Shown: positions 26,479 through 39,772 of the stretch, one piece after another
Layout: every line of letters starts with the position of its first letter
How positions within the stretch are numbered: position 1 is the first letter of the stretch
Notes under the pieces: model-generated
Told to the model about the DNA's origin: nothing
Seen by the model: the letters and a program-made list of their open reading frames with translations, nothing else
The model's database searches: none
Made by a program: the position numbers and the translations under genes
Source: Cystobasidiomycetes sp. EMM_F5
Lineage: Eukaryota
DNA length: 64,000 nt
Direction: 5' to 3'
Assembly (NCBI GenBank): GCA_051047955.1
Contig: JBPGPT010000055.1
Coordinates: forward strand, 1-64,000

Positions 26479-29400
26479 ATGCCTCACAACCCCCCGCCCT
26501 CTCGCAGCTCAACGCCCACCCCGTCCATATCATCGGCTGCCATGTCGAGCAATAGCACTGGCCTGCCCTCGCCCGCTCAGTCTTACTTTGGCGTAGCGGC
26601 CTCAAACGATCTTGGTGCTCGCAGTCCGCGACCAACGAGGTCAAATACGGCAACGACGAGCAACAGTAACGCGACCCTGCATCGTTTGACCCGGCCGAGG
26701 TTGGGCACAGTCGTCGGTAATCCTTCCTCGCGTCAGAATGGAATGCCGTCGTCCTACTCGTCGTCGCCCTCTGCAAGTCGCACAAATACAACGTACCCGC
26801 TGTCGTCTCCTACCCCAACAAGTCAGCAGTCACTCCAACCCCTCCCGGCAGTAGTCTACGTCGCCGCAAAGCCAGACGATGTGGATGTAGGAGCTATTGG
26901 GCGGACATCATCGACAACCGACAACAACATCATCACGCCCGAGTCCATCAAAGCGGGCATCGACGGCCTCTTTGTGCGCTTTGGAGTAAAGGACGTACGG
27001 GGAATCGCCGTACGCGGGCAAGAAAAGGCAGAGTCGAAGCGGGATGAGCTACGTACAATGGTAGGGGAGCGGTATCGGGACCTCTTGGGCGCAGCAGACA
27101 GTATCGTGCGAATGCGAAAGAGTTCGTCCAAGCTGCTGCGCAAACTCGAGAGGGCTCGAGACGAGTGCGATAGGGAGAGTATGGCAGAGCGAGCTCTCCA
27201 GGAAGACTTGAATCGCTCGAGGATGGTGTCGAGAGCGACGACTCCCCTTCCGTCGGGTCACACGCCTTATGGCGTGGCGACTCTCGTCAAGCTCGTCATT
27301 GACTGCCCAGAACATGTATGGAGAGCTATCGAGAGCCAAGACTATCTTACTGCCGCTAGGCTCGAGGGACTAGGGAGGGCAGTGTATCGAGAGCTGGGCA
27401 AGCGCAGTAGAGACGGCGACGAGAAGAGGGATGAGGAGGAGCAGGAGGATGACATAGAAGCTGCTTTCCCTCTGATAGAACAGCAGAGAATCCTCTTTCA
27501 ACAGCTTAAACCCAATATCCTGCAGCGTGCCAACCAGTCCTTCAGCCTGTGGGACGTTTCAACAGAGGTAAGCATGACCCAGTCACACTTGTCCCTGTAC
27601 GCATCCCAAATGTCGCTCACTCTATCTGAACGTATCACAGTCTGTCGGAGAAGCAGTGGCAGCCATCGTCCTGTTGGAGCAAGCTCCCTTCCCGACTATC
27701 CTCTCCACTGTTCTCGAGAAGAGATCGACCGCTCTCGCTCGCATCTTTACAGCGCCAGAATCCCAAACGTCATCAAGCGAGCAATCCACGAAGTCAGTCA
27801 TCGACGTTACCCGAAATGCGTTTAGTGTCGTTCTGTCGACGTATACCCACGTCTGCACACTCTTTGGTGAAGACGAAACACAGCCGGCAAACGGTCGAGC
27901 TAGACAGAGTCTGTCGCACATACTGCAGGATTTGCAACGTGTGCAGACTTTCGAGTCGTTCAGTCCTGCATCGCCCAGTGTGCCATCTCATAACACACCC
28001 CTTATTCCTACTCATCACGCCGGCACTCCCGTCCTATCACTTCTTCCCAACGTCCACCTCCTTCTGCGCTATCTCCCTACCGAAATTGTCCAGTACGTTC
28101 CGTCTCTTCCAGTCGATTCGCTAGCAAGCGCTCTATCGCCCTCTGCCATTTCTCTACAACTCGAGACATGGTTTACGCAGTGTCTGCGGACCATCAAGAG
28201 TGGCATCGAAAATCTCCTGCAATATGTATCGTCCGCTCGCCAGTTGGCAGACGTGAGGATGACCTTGCAGACTTTTCTGGCCCAGTTTGCGGTAGCGCCA
28301 GGACCTGCTGCTGTAGCATACGTAGGAGGCTTGTCGAGTGTGCTCGGTAGTGCGCTCGAAGTTCGCTTCAGTCAGATATATACGCATGAGCTGGATCTGC
28401 TCGTGCAGAGCCTGCCGAACATCTTGTCGGAACATCTAAAAAATGTATCTACTTCGGAAGAAGGTGGGTCGCAAAGTCTCTTCGCATGTGGCTTGGCACA
28501 AGACTGATTGTATTGATATCAACGCTGTCCTTCATCTTACAGACAACGATACGACGCAATTTTTGTTTACCGAAACTATTCCCTTCCCGCCTACATCTTC
28601 CATCTTTCTGAACGCGTTGGACAGTGAAGACGCAAGTGACCCTTTTCAAGTCTTCAAAGGAGCGCTACAGAAACGATTAGACGGCCGACCTCCCGTGCTG
28701 GATTTCTGTTTGTGTTCAATTGAACGGACAGCCGAGCAAATCTCGGCAGATGTGCTAGCGTGGTTATCTGCGAGCGAGACTGCCGGCGCAAACATCAACC
28801 AACGCGCTCAATATCTGGATAGTGCACAGGCGGCTCTCTGGTCTTTGCAAGAGACGCTTTCACGTACGCTCAACAACGAGAATATCGATACATCACAACA
28901 GCTCATTGTAGGCGATCTAGCACTCCACCTGGTCAAAGAGAGTCATGTAGTCAAGACTCTCCTATTGGGAGAAAAGCAAACGTCGGCCGGGTTTATTAAA
29001 GCGCTTATGGATGTCGAACAACAATCGCGCAAAGCCTGGTTGGAGAAAGCAGTGGGCAATGCTGTGGAGGTGTATCGAAGAGGTGTGCTCGACAGCTTTG
29101 TCGTTCCTGTTCTTCCGAATGCGAGTAGTGAGTGCCCATTTGCTGCCAGAATTTGGCACGGCTCGCAGCTGATGCGAGGCCGTATTTCAAGGCGATAAAC
29201 CGTCCAGCCATCTCCAGGATTCGCTTCTTTGCCTTGTAAAAGCGATACATGGGCTAGGAGCGCTCCGATTGCAAGCCGTCCCCGATGCCATTCATGAGTT
29301 GTTGACGACATTCGAACAGCGCGTTGCAGACTCGGTATTTACCAGTAAGGTCACCGAACGTCTAGCTGGCGCAGTCAAAAGAGGAGATCGACGACCCCTG

Positions 29401-29793
29401 TCCCAAGCGATGGTCGACATCTCCTTCCTGCTGGAGATTGTCGCTTGTGGAGGCGCTCCAGTTGGCAAGTCTGCATTGCAGGCCATCTTGGCTGCTCTCG
29501 AGACAGTATGTCACGTTTCTTCATCTCATGCTAGACGCATGTCTGATGTGCTACCTTTTCAGCTCGATAGTACTATCGAATACCAGATCGCAACGCGTCA
29601 GCATGTGCTGCGATCTCAGCTATTGTTCGCGCCGCTAATGTGCGGTAGCTCCATATGTTCGAGCGATTCTTCCTCCTCCCTGCTCGTTCCGCTCGGTCAA
29701 CCAGTACCCATCTCCGCATTAGACACCAAACTAGACATGGCCAAACCGGGTCCGAGGCTGGCTCTTTTACCAGTTCACCCGACGGTTATGTAG
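26479..29793 (+). CDS. COG1: Conserved oligomeric Golgi complex subunit 1 (Vps51/Vps67-type N-terminal domain)
   Basis: KRDELRTMVGERYRDLLGAADSIVRM and KLVIDCPEHVWRAIE; long helical multi-exon protein. Confidence 0.85.
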
Positions 29794-29902
29794 GTCGCGC
29801 GTAGGTAGAAACAGCCATTGTCAGTCAAATCCTGTTGTTGTAGATTTATTCTCCGCTTTCTAAAGCAGTCGCGTCCCTTTGCCACCGTGTTTGATTTCGT
29901 TG

Positions 29903-29908
29903 ACGCGT
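29903..29908. promoter_or_regulatory. MCB-like element (ACGCGT) about 90 bp upstream of the orphan PIP-box gene
   Basis: Exact ACGCGT, with further CGCG cores at about 29796 and 29870. A hexamer can occur by chance. Confidence 0.3.
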
Positions 29909-29995
29909 TTACTTTTCGCAAAATGGGATCGAGAATTATGAAATGCAAGCAGACCTTGCACTGCTACCAACCAACAAGAATGGAGCTATGCTACG

Positions 29996-32576
29996 ATGAG
30001 CAGTAAGGGTAAAGGCAAGGCTAAGGAGTCTGCCGCGACAACGTCGAGCGACGGCAAGGTGGGTCGGAGGGGTGTTGGTGGTTGCAATGGGCTGATTAGC
30101 TGGCAAACAGTGGCTCAATGCGCAGTTCCGACGGCAGACGACTACAAGCACCGTCAATGGTCAAGTAGGCCGTCAGCTGAAGCTATGCTTTGCCGGCGAG
30201 GCAGGATCAGGCCACGCTGTCCTTCGCAGCTCGACCTCGACATCGCAACCTCAGCGGAATTTGCGACCAACGGGATCGATTTTGCAGTGTGCAATCGATA
30301 GCCAGCCTGTCAAGAAACGACGTAAGAGTGATGGAACGCTCAACTCGTTCTTTGAGCCGAGGTTTGCCGACAAACAACTGGTTGCACGATCAAAGCTGCT
30401 CGTGACAAAGACCACGACGGCAACGACCAAAAAGAGCAATGAGCAAACCGTGAAGAGCAGAAAAGTAATCTCGCGCCCTCTCACTTCCTCAACGTCTCCT
30501 CCGTCGGTCAATTTGAGATCCGACAAGAGTATCGAAGTGGAGCCTCTGCCCGAGCCTCGTCCGATCTTTGTTGATCCAAGCACTCTGCCACCCATGCCTC
30601 TACCTCTGCCAGACCTCTCCGAGCACGTCGACTGCTTTCGTAAAAACGCCGTCATCGACGACCGTAGAACCATATTTGGATTCGGCGACATTGCACGATC
30701 TGCTGTGGAGACTGCATCTCCTCCACGAAAGCGCAGACTTGTGGTGACTACTTCTTCACCTCACGCTGAATGTGCCAAAATCCTCGCAGGGCCATCATCA
30801 GCGTATACTTCGCCTGCACGCGCTGTCACGCCCGAAATCAACCCGAGCCCGGCGCGAAATCCTCTACAGCCCGTTTCGCCGAACAAGTCGCCCGTCGACA
30901 GGCATGCTCGCGCAGGCACGCGTATAGCTTGGGACAGCGATGACGAAGTCGAAGCACGGCGGCTGAATCGCACAGCATCTGCTATAATGGTAGAGGAGGA
31001 GTTGATACGAAAGCGTAAACCAAGACAAGCACCCTCGGTGCACGAAAAGTATACAGACTACATGGACGCCTTTCGAGACGAGAGCTACTCCCCGCTCGAT
31101 TACCACGCCTCGGAGTCTATCATGAATGGATTGCGAGCCGCTTTGCACCTGAGCCCGCAAGCGTACCCTCCAGTAGTGCCAAAAGTCAGTAAACGTCAAG
31201 CACATAATCCTTCACCTCCGCATGCAAAGCTTTCGCAGTCAAAGCAGATCGTTTCTGCTACAGATCCCGAGGACGTTTTCGACGAGAGCGCAACAGAAAG
31301 ATCGACATGCACCTCCCGACACTTGTCGCAGCAGCATGACGTGGACTTGATGGACTTGGCACACATCTCCCCGTTACAACAACATGTGTCCACAAAGCAG
31401 GCCGATGACTCTGGCTTTGGTGGTGCTTCCTCGCCTTTCCTCTCCCGCCCATCTGGCTGCGGGCGAGTTCTTGCGCCAGACTCTGAGCCCTCGGAAACCC
31501 GTTCGTTTAAGCAGGAGCAGGAGCAGCTGCGGAAGCGGACAGTACTGCCGGTACAACTGCCGATTGTACAAAGGATCACTGATGAGTATCCTGAAACAGA
31601 CGCACGGGCTGCAGATGCTACATCCCATATCCTGCCGGACCACTTGTTGGAATACCCCGAAACAATCAGGCCTGTTTATGATAGTGAGACAACGGAAGCT
31701 TCGATGCCTGCATTCCCGAATCTGCTTATCATCGGGCCCGTCGTAGCTCGCTGCGCATCAAACGGTCCGCCCGACGATCTTACAGAAGGACCTCAATCAG
31801 TCAGCAAAGAATCTTCTGCTTCTATTGATCAGCAAAGCTTGATGATACCGCAAATCCTGGCAGTCGACAGTCAATCTGCCTTGGATTACAACACTCAGGA
31901 CATTGTCGCTGCCGAAACGGAGATGCCAGACTGTGCATACACGACCAGGAAAGCAGTTCATGCACAGACCATCGAATCCTGCATCAATTCTGCCTGGTTC
32001 GAAAACCTCTTGCGTCCCGATCGCGCAGTCGCGCCTGTCATTCAGCAGACGGCATTGACCGATTTCTTTGCGACTAAGCCTGGGGGACCTTCCGACACGG
32101 CCTTGACGCGCATACGTGAGGAAGAGCAGAAAGTATTTCGAGCCGTGCGGGACGTAACAAAGCCAACGGAAGATCGCCCAGTCTTGCTGTCTGATTCCTC
32201 ATTGTCGGACGTCAAAGACGGCTTTGTGGAAGACGGTGAGACTGAAGAGGAAGTAGGAGAAGATCAGTTGAGCCAGTCGTCAGTTACGCAAATTGTGCCT
32301 TCCTCGCAAAGTCAGTGGATTGGCCTGGCGGATTGGGAGGATGTCGCAGATGTTGCGTGGGACGATGAGATCCCGATCGAGGCACATGGCACGGGAGACA
32401 GGAGTGTCGTAACGGACGAAGTGTGTGACTCGGAGAATGAAGGCGGAGAGGAAGAGATTGGCGAGAATATCGATCTCAAGACGTATGAAGGATGGGTCGA
32501 GGGGACGGTAACGGCTGTCCCGACGCCCATCAAGAAGATCCGACAGCAGAAGATTGCGCATCTGCGCACCATGTAG
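29996..32576 (+). CDS. Hypothetical intrinsically disordered nuclear protein with a PIP box (about 840 aa)
   Basis: Exon 1 MSSKGKGKAKESAATTSSDGK, intron about 30059-30125, then a long ORF; NLS KKRRK; QTALTDFF motif. Confidence 0.75.
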
Positions 32577-32716
32577 CATAGACCAGAAAGCAGGAAGCTG
32601 TGTAACTTATGTTGATTACAATCGTTGTTTGCATTCGATCAAGGATTAGTACTGTTCACGGAATCTGATATCCATTTGCCAAAAGGCAAGCTCCGCCGAC
32701 TGATTCTGCCCCAACC

Positions 32717-33854
32717 ATGTCGCGGCCCGAACATATTGCTCCTCCCGAAGTTGTGCGTCGTCAAGCTGCGGCGTTTGGCGCAGAGTCTTCAGAAATACTG
32801 ACCATCTGTCCGGTCAGTTCTACAATGATGCTGAAGCGTCAAAGTACACGCAAAAGTGCGGACAAGCGTACAATTGGATTTCTGTCGCCCGCTAATGTCT
32901 AATGGTCTTTCCTGTCCAGCTCCCGAATCCAGAATATTCAGGCTACGATGACGGAACGGTGTATCGAATTGCTCAACCTCCCGGCGTATCCGGATGATCC
33001 AGAGACACCGTTACCTGCTATGCTGCTGGATATTGGATGCGGAAGCGGGCTATCGGGCGAACTGCTGAGCGAGTACGGTCATCACTGGGTGGGCTTGGAT
33101 ATTTCGCCATCTATGCTTGAAGTCGCATTGGAGAGGGATGTCGAGGGCGACCTGTTCTTGCACGATATCGGACAAGGCTTTGGCTTCAGGCCAGGCAGCT
33201 TTGACGGAGCAATCAGGTGAGCGGGGTCGATGTCTTTCCAAGTAATCCAAGCTAAGCAGTTCGCTACAAACGAAGCGTGTCCGTTCTGCAATGGCTGTGC
33301 AATGCAGATAGGGCGGTAAATGCACCAATACAACGACTGGCTCGCTTTTTCAATACCCTTTTCGCCTCGTTGCGATCCGGAGCACGGGCAATCTTCCAAT
33401 TCTATCCAGAATCAGACGACCAAGTCACGCTCATAATGTCTGCAGCTACAAAAGCAGGTTTTACCGGTGGTCTAGTAGTCGACTATCCAAACTCAAGAAA
33501 AGCCAAGAAATTCTATCTGTGTCTCATGTCGGGCGTGAGCTCGAGCACGGATATCCCACGAGCCCTGGGTACGGACATTGGAGATGGTATGGACAGTGGT
33601 AGCGGACAGGTTGCGTACGAGAACAGGAGGGAACAGAGGAATGGGCAACGGTCTCGAGGTGGAAAGAAACCAAAGGAAGTCCGCGGTGACAAGGACTGGA
33701 TCCTGCGGAAAAAGAGCTTGTATCGTCAACGAGGAAAGGAAGACGTTCCGACAGATTCAAAGTACGTATGTGACCTTCATCTTGTAAGTGCTGGATGGCT
33801 TACGGCAGATGCCATTACAGATTCACTGGACGCAAGCGACGACCGAAGTTTTAA
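32717..33854 (+). CDS. BUD23: 18S rRNA m7G methyltransferase Bud23/WBSCR22
   Basis: MSRPEHIAPPE, LLDIGCGSGLSG, ISVLQWLCNAD-type motif, GFTGGLVVDYPNSRKAKK and the C-terminus DSK|FTGRKRRPKF. Confidence 0.97.
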
Positions 33855-34021
33855 TTGGGTATTGGTCCTTTCAGCTGCATATTCGGGCATGGACTTCAGA
33901 TTTGTCGTTGTATCAGATACTTGCGTTATACATGTTTGAGAAACAACGTCACGAAGCAGTACGATGAAAGGCACTGATACTCCGAAGAGCCTATGATACA
34001 ATTATCTGGGAGCTGTCTGCA

Positions 34022-34823
34022 CTACTCCTTGGCGTTTGCTAGGAAGTTCCGAACGGCTTCCTCATTAACAAGTCCGACGAAGCGTGAGAACTGAGGTACA
34101 GAGTAAACATTGGTCATCCGCGACATTTGCAACTGCATGCGATTGGCTTACTTCTTTGCCGTGCTTGAAGGCAATGACTGTTGGTAATGCGGACACCTGC
34201 AGAGTGGAGTGGTATAGCATTAGCATGCGAAGTGTTCAGGCTGTTTTTGCAGTTTGCGTGGTCAAGAGCATCTCGCGCGCGCAACATCCTGTCTGTGCGG
34301 TGAATGCATGATCCGCCCGCGTCAGTGCTGCTTGGCGAGCTCGGAAGCTTCATCAAAGATAGTAACGAAGCATGACTTGCTTCAGCTACACCTTGAAAGC
34401 ACGGTTTACGCAATGCACTGTGGAGATGCATTACAGAATCAACGAGCGGGAAACTGGACGTACTTTATATTTCGCTGCAACTTCTTGTACATTGTCTGTA
34501 TTGATCTTCATAAGATCCGCGCCTTGTTCATTCTCAAAGACCTTCTGCAGCACTGGGTTGAGCATCTTGCAGGGTGGGCACCACTTTGGCATTGCAGCGT
34601 AGAGTCAGCCGCAAAACCCAGCAGCACGCAGCCAGTAAGAATCGCTCACGTCCGCGTGAAAGTCGACGAAAACGAGCTTGTTTCCCTTGACTACGTGCTC
34701 CTCGAAAGCTGCCTGGTCACCTTCACCCAGTATCGCACGTCGCCTTACGGAGCTCCGAAAAGTCCTGACGATATTGGATCGCTTTGCAGCCCGGACTGCC
34801 AGAGTACTGCAATTGCGTAGCAT
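34022..34823 (-). CDS. Thioredoxin, probably mitochondrial, with a WCPPC active site
   Basis: Arg-rich presequence; LVFVDFHAD|WCPPCKMLNP...AAKYK|VSALPTVIAFKHGKE|FSRFVG; 4 exons. Confidence 0.9.
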
Positions 34824-34967
34824 CGTTGGCTATCGTCTTGTATATAGTACAAATTGCAAAAAGAGCAACCCATCACGACCGATATCATGGCACACATCTT
34901 GGAATCGAATCAATCGGGACCATGTCGTGACGATACAACAGCTGCTACATGAGCAAGCTCTTGAAGC

Positions 34968-35706
34968 ATGAGCAATTCAGGTCAGACGCTGGGCGAAGCT
35001 GCGCCAATCCGCGACTCTGTTGCGTCACGCCAGCGCGAACGGCCCGATTTACAGCAGATCAACACTGGAAACCTGCACAGTAAAGGGAAACGGCAGTCTG
35101 ATACTGCGAGACGGGTTTCCCTGGCCCAGCCTTCTGGTACTGCAGGCAGCACGTCCGTAACCGAAGCCGTGTTTGAGCAGCTGCGAGTGATCCAAGCGCT
35201 CCAAGAGGAGATTGCTGCAGACCATATCAAGCTGGAGAATCTGCAGAACAACGGGGCAACCACGTCAACACCAGGATCTGTTACCTCTCCCAATCTAGGA
35301 GCCTCCAGAAACCAGTTTCGTCCGCGCGGGACCGGTGCTACTGCCGCAAGCAAGGCAAACACGCTCAATCCACAAGCCAACAAGCAGGCTGCAGCGGCAG
35401 CGTATGACAAGCTGGCGGAAGGGTTCGAGGAGCGGCAAAAGGACGTCGAGGCAATCATGAACAAGGTGGGTTGCATGACACAAGAGGGTCCGCGCAACGG
35501 TGCATATGCCTAACATCAGACTGCCTGTCTAGCTCTCACAACTGTCTGTGGAAGTTAAAAGGTTCCAGTTGATCCAAGAGGCAGAGACTCCGACGGAAGC
35601 AGCAGAGCAAGCGAGTCCATCTGCAATGCCAGATACTCCGGCGCCCAAGACGGCTTTCGTCGACAGTCCACTGCAGGTCACGCCTCCATCGCGGCGCTTC
35701 CCATGA
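34968..35706 (+). CDS. Hypothetical coiled-coil protein
   Basis: ORF with two heptad segments (FEQLRVIQALQEEIAADHIKLE; FEERQKDVEAIMNK|LSQLS); intron 35466-35532. Confidence 0.65.
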
Positions 35707-35791
35707 TATCCATTCATCTATGTAGCATACGTGAACCCAACGCAGGTGTCGCGATTGTTATCCTTTTGGTTCCGCAATTGCAGCTTGGCCA

Positions 35792-36286
35792 CTACGAGCG
35801 AAGGCCAATGCATAGTAGGCTCAGAATCAGACACCTGTGCAAAACGTCAGCGATATTGACATATTCTTTGACCCTCTGACGTCCACACCTTGCGTCGTCA
35901 AGACTCTTCGGAACGACCGAATGCCCTGACAGCCATGGCCTGGTCTGCTGCGGCCTAGAACGATCCACAACTGGCTCCTCCAGCCGCGATGGTACAGTGT
36001 ATACGATATACAACCTGCAAAATACTAAGCAGGAGGCGCGACTTGCTGAAATATACCTCCGCGAGGCGTATCCCACACGTTGTGCATAAGTCTCGTTGCC
36101 ATTCTGAGCGATTCTGCAGTCGGCCGAGGCACAGTCAATGTTCCAATACGGAGGCGCCCTCGGCTACAGTACAAGACACTACCAGAGAGCTGATTCTCTG
36201 GAAATCTCAAGTCAGAGAACTTGAATTGAGTACGTAACCCAAAAGACGTCTAGAGAATGTTGATGTCGATTCCTCGTTACTGCCAT
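35792..36286 (-). CDS. Possible small multi-exon hypothetical gene
   Basis: Several donor/branch/CAG units on the minus strand (about 36055-36015 and 35888-35835); product not recognised. Confidence 0.25.
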
Positions 36287-36424
36287 CAGGTTTTATTTGA
36301 TGTACGTCAACAAAGTCGATAAGATATTCCCAAGACTTCGCCGTGCACGCTCTCGTGTTGTCAGCTACTAACTGCTCGCCACATCTGAGTGGCGAGGGAC
36401 ACCTAGATCATTTCTTTAGCCATC

Positions 36425-38137
36425 ATGTTGCATCTTTGTTTCCCGCGTTTCGTTGTCACAATGTACGAGCCGCCAGCATGCAGACTATGCGGTACTGCTA
36501 CTCGGAGTCTGCTGTTGAGGTCTGCCGCTAGACATTCTCGCAGCCAATTTACGCGCTATCTTGGGACGTCAAGCGAAAGCAACGCCAATCAAGACGGCGG
36601 TTCTCCAGCTCCTCATGCTCCAGACAGGCCTCGCCCTTCCGCAGCTGCACATATGCTCGCACAGGCTCGTATCGAAGAAGCCGACATGTCTCCGTTTCGT
36701 AACATCTCGTCGAGAGCTTTGGAGCAGCAGAGATCTGAAGTAGCTTGGCAAGGCGAAGAGAGCATCGAAGATAGCGTCTTGCGACTACTAGTGGACAAGT
36801 ATAAACCCCTACGAGTGCCTGGGATGAAGCGAGAAGTCCAGCAGCCGTCCAGCGAACCTATCATATTCCCTCCCTCTGCCCCGCCCGCCGAACGCGTCTA
36901 CAAAAGCGACGGTCAAGTAGATCAGACGATTGTTGGCTATCAATGGCAAGAAGGTGACCCTCCGAGATTTCCTTGGGAACATACGTTTCAAGGTCCAACA
37001 ATCATGAAGGAAGGCGAAGCTTCGGTACGCACTGGGGTAATGACGCGCTCTTCTGCATCAGCTTCCGTTACTTCCATGACACGGGTGTCTGCAAATACAA
37101 CACACAACAGATCTGCGCGGCCTACAGCTGGAGACGTCGCAGCTAGAGTGTATCGCGCCCGAGACGCTAGTGTCGATTACGCATCAGGCTCGCATGATAC
37201 CGCAAAAGCCAAAGTAGCGCCCAACAACAAGACGGCAGCGGCGCGTGCAAAGCTATCTGGTCAGCAAGCTGGTAGCTATCGCCCACTGCCTACGAGCGTA
37301 AGAGGATGGACCAATGTCATCGAAGACCGGATAGAGCTAGCTCGACAGCAAGGTCTATTCAAGAATATCAAAGGACGGGGCAAGCCGTTCGTCAAGGATG
37401 TCAACGAAGATAATGTAGATTTCACACTTTTTGATAGCGAGCGCACAAGGCTGACATCAGTCTCTACAGCCATTTCTGGATCGAACAGAGTTTCTGATGA
37501 ACCGTATCGTGAAGCGTCAAGAAGCTGCTCCGCCTTTTGTCGAATTGCAAAAGGAAGTAAGGGACGAGGCGAATGTCTTCAGAGCACGGCTCCGTGAAGC
37601 TTGGATTCGGCGAGCAACCCGAATGATATGCCTGCAGCCGCTTACGCGTACAGTCATTGATCGATGCGGAGAGTATAGAGACTCAGAGTGGGAGGGGAGA
37701 GAGCGGTGAGCTAGACTCCATGGTGATGTCGAGGGCATCGACTGACCCGTCAATGTAGGAGCTACTGGGAGATCTCCATCAAGGCCATCAACGAGCTAAT
37801 TCGAAAGCATAACATTGTGGCACCGCCGTCAGTGCGGATGCCTTTCCTGACGGTTTCGCTGGAGTTGGCTGGCGCATATCGCGATTCAGCAACAATCATC
37901 AAGGAGGAGCTAGAGCGTCGGTCAAAAGCTGGACTCGGACCAAAATACGTTGCAAAGCAGCGCGACGAGGCCGAGGAGATTGTGGGCAAGGTAGCGGAGA
38001 CGGAGGAAGCTGCCGTCAAAGAAAGTATGCTGTCTGCGATGCGACGGTTTGTGAGAGACATTGTGAAGGAACGGCAGGAGCGTAAGAAGCAGAAAGTAGA
38101 CGGCGAAGCGGCAGCGTCCACTTATGAACGAAGTTAA
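36425..38137 (+). CDS. DUF1992 (DNAJC28 conserved domain) protein, probably mitochondrial
   Basis: WQGEESIEDSVLRLLVDKYKPLR, IEDRIELARQQGLFKNIKGRGKP and FLMNRIVKRQEAAPPFVELQ. Confidence 0.85.
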
Positions 38138-38336
38138 CAGCCATATTACTGTACGTTGTGCTTGCATTGATTTCGATAGACCATCGACATTTCATTTCAC
38201 ATCTAACTTGTCAACCACGGGTCGCTGTTTTCTGCCAACTACATCCGACAACAAGGCGGAAAACTGGACGACGATAAGGCTGCCGGCAGTGCTGGGAAAG
38301 GCTGACCAGACGTGGAAACTGCATGACGAGTGAATC

Positions 38337-39772
38337 ATGTCGAGCAAGGCGAAGCAACGGAGCGTCACACCAAAGGCTGAAAGCCCAGCTGGTAAGTCGG
38401 GGGACAATCTCAAACACACATATGCTGGAATATTGACACTTCTGCACAGACACCGGGTGGGTAGCGGTAGTCGTCTGGCTCCAAGGCCATGCAACTGACA
38501 TGAATTCTCAAGCGACAACCAGCGAGGAAGCGGCGACCAGACCGACGTCCATGCGCTGGACGATGCTGTCGGCATCGCCGGAGTGGATCTGAATGTGCGC
38601 AGTAGCAGCCCGTCAAGCTGTACCCTGGCTCAGCTGAGTATCGTCAGCGTATACGCAGGCCGAGGAAGAAGCAATACGAGCGTCAAACTATGCGCCGCGC
38701 AACCAGCAGCAACAGAACGCAGCACGGGCTAGAGTCAGGCCGCAGCTTATCCTCGACGAGCAAGCCGTCAAGGAGGTTGTGCTCAAAATTGGTGCATATT
38801 GCTATATTGACATGTAGATATCAGCACCGGCTAAGTCATCCGCCATGTCACACAGCCGCATCATATCATCTGAAGAACCTCGAGTCCGATAGTCTACCTC
38901 TCATTAGCCTCGCAGTGCAAGCGCGGATGAGCGCACTCATCGAACAGATGCTGGCAGCCAAACATTATCGTACCTCTGCAAATCACTTGCGCCCACCTCC
39001 GATGCTCCCAGTACAGTATGAAGGCGAAGTACCCACGCCCATGTGGGATCAAGTGCTGCACGATGACAATGAAAAGATTCTCACAACATTCGACCGAGTC
39101 GAGCGAGAGGAAGAACGGCAAGCTCGAAAGTCGAGGCTGCTGAGGGACCAGCTGGAACAGGCCGAGAAGGAGAGACTCGAGAGGCTTGCTGAGGAAGGCG
39201 ACGATGGCGGAGGGGATGTAAGCATGAAGGTGGAAGGTGGTTCAGGTTCAGTGCCGGGGACACCTGCAGCTGGCGGATCTGGAAAGGGCGAGCCTGGCAA
39301 GAAGGAGAAGAAGCGGAAACGGGAGACTGCAACGCAAGCAGCACGGAACATGACAGAAGACGTAAGGAAGCGTTTGTCAGACGCAACAGCATCGAAGAAG
39401 CTGGGTACAAAAAAGTTTTCGTGGCTGGCTAGCGGGACAGGTCTAGGAGGTGCGGATAGCCCATCAATGCGCAAAAAGGCACGGATACCACCTCTTCCGC
39501 CGTCTAGCCTGTCAATCTCCATGACTTCACTTCCAACACTCGGTACATCGTTACAAGATGGCTTGGATCAGCCTCCCCTTACTGCAATGGAGAGGCTGGC
39601 AGGCGTACCCGCAGCACACGACGCATCCCAGATTGGTTCTCAGGATGATCCTGCTAATCGACTGGTGACGATACGGGACGCTCTGTTTGTGATGGACCAG
39701 GAGCGGGGGAAGGGAGCGGGCACTGGCTCTGGGACGAGACCAACAGTGAGGGCAATGCTGGGCAGGGTGTGA
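38337..39772 (+). CDS. TAF4: TFIID subunit Taf4
   Basis: LDDAVGIAGVDLN|AEEE histone-fold start, LISLAVQARMSALIEQM and the C-terminal RLVTIRDALFVMDQE. Confidence 0.85.

Noticed and set aside
34197..34463. TPP riboswitch in the long thioredoxin intron
   Set aside because: The CUGAGA and downstream CUGAU...UAAU...GCG.AGGGA consensus elements are absent, and the gene is unrelated to thiamine.
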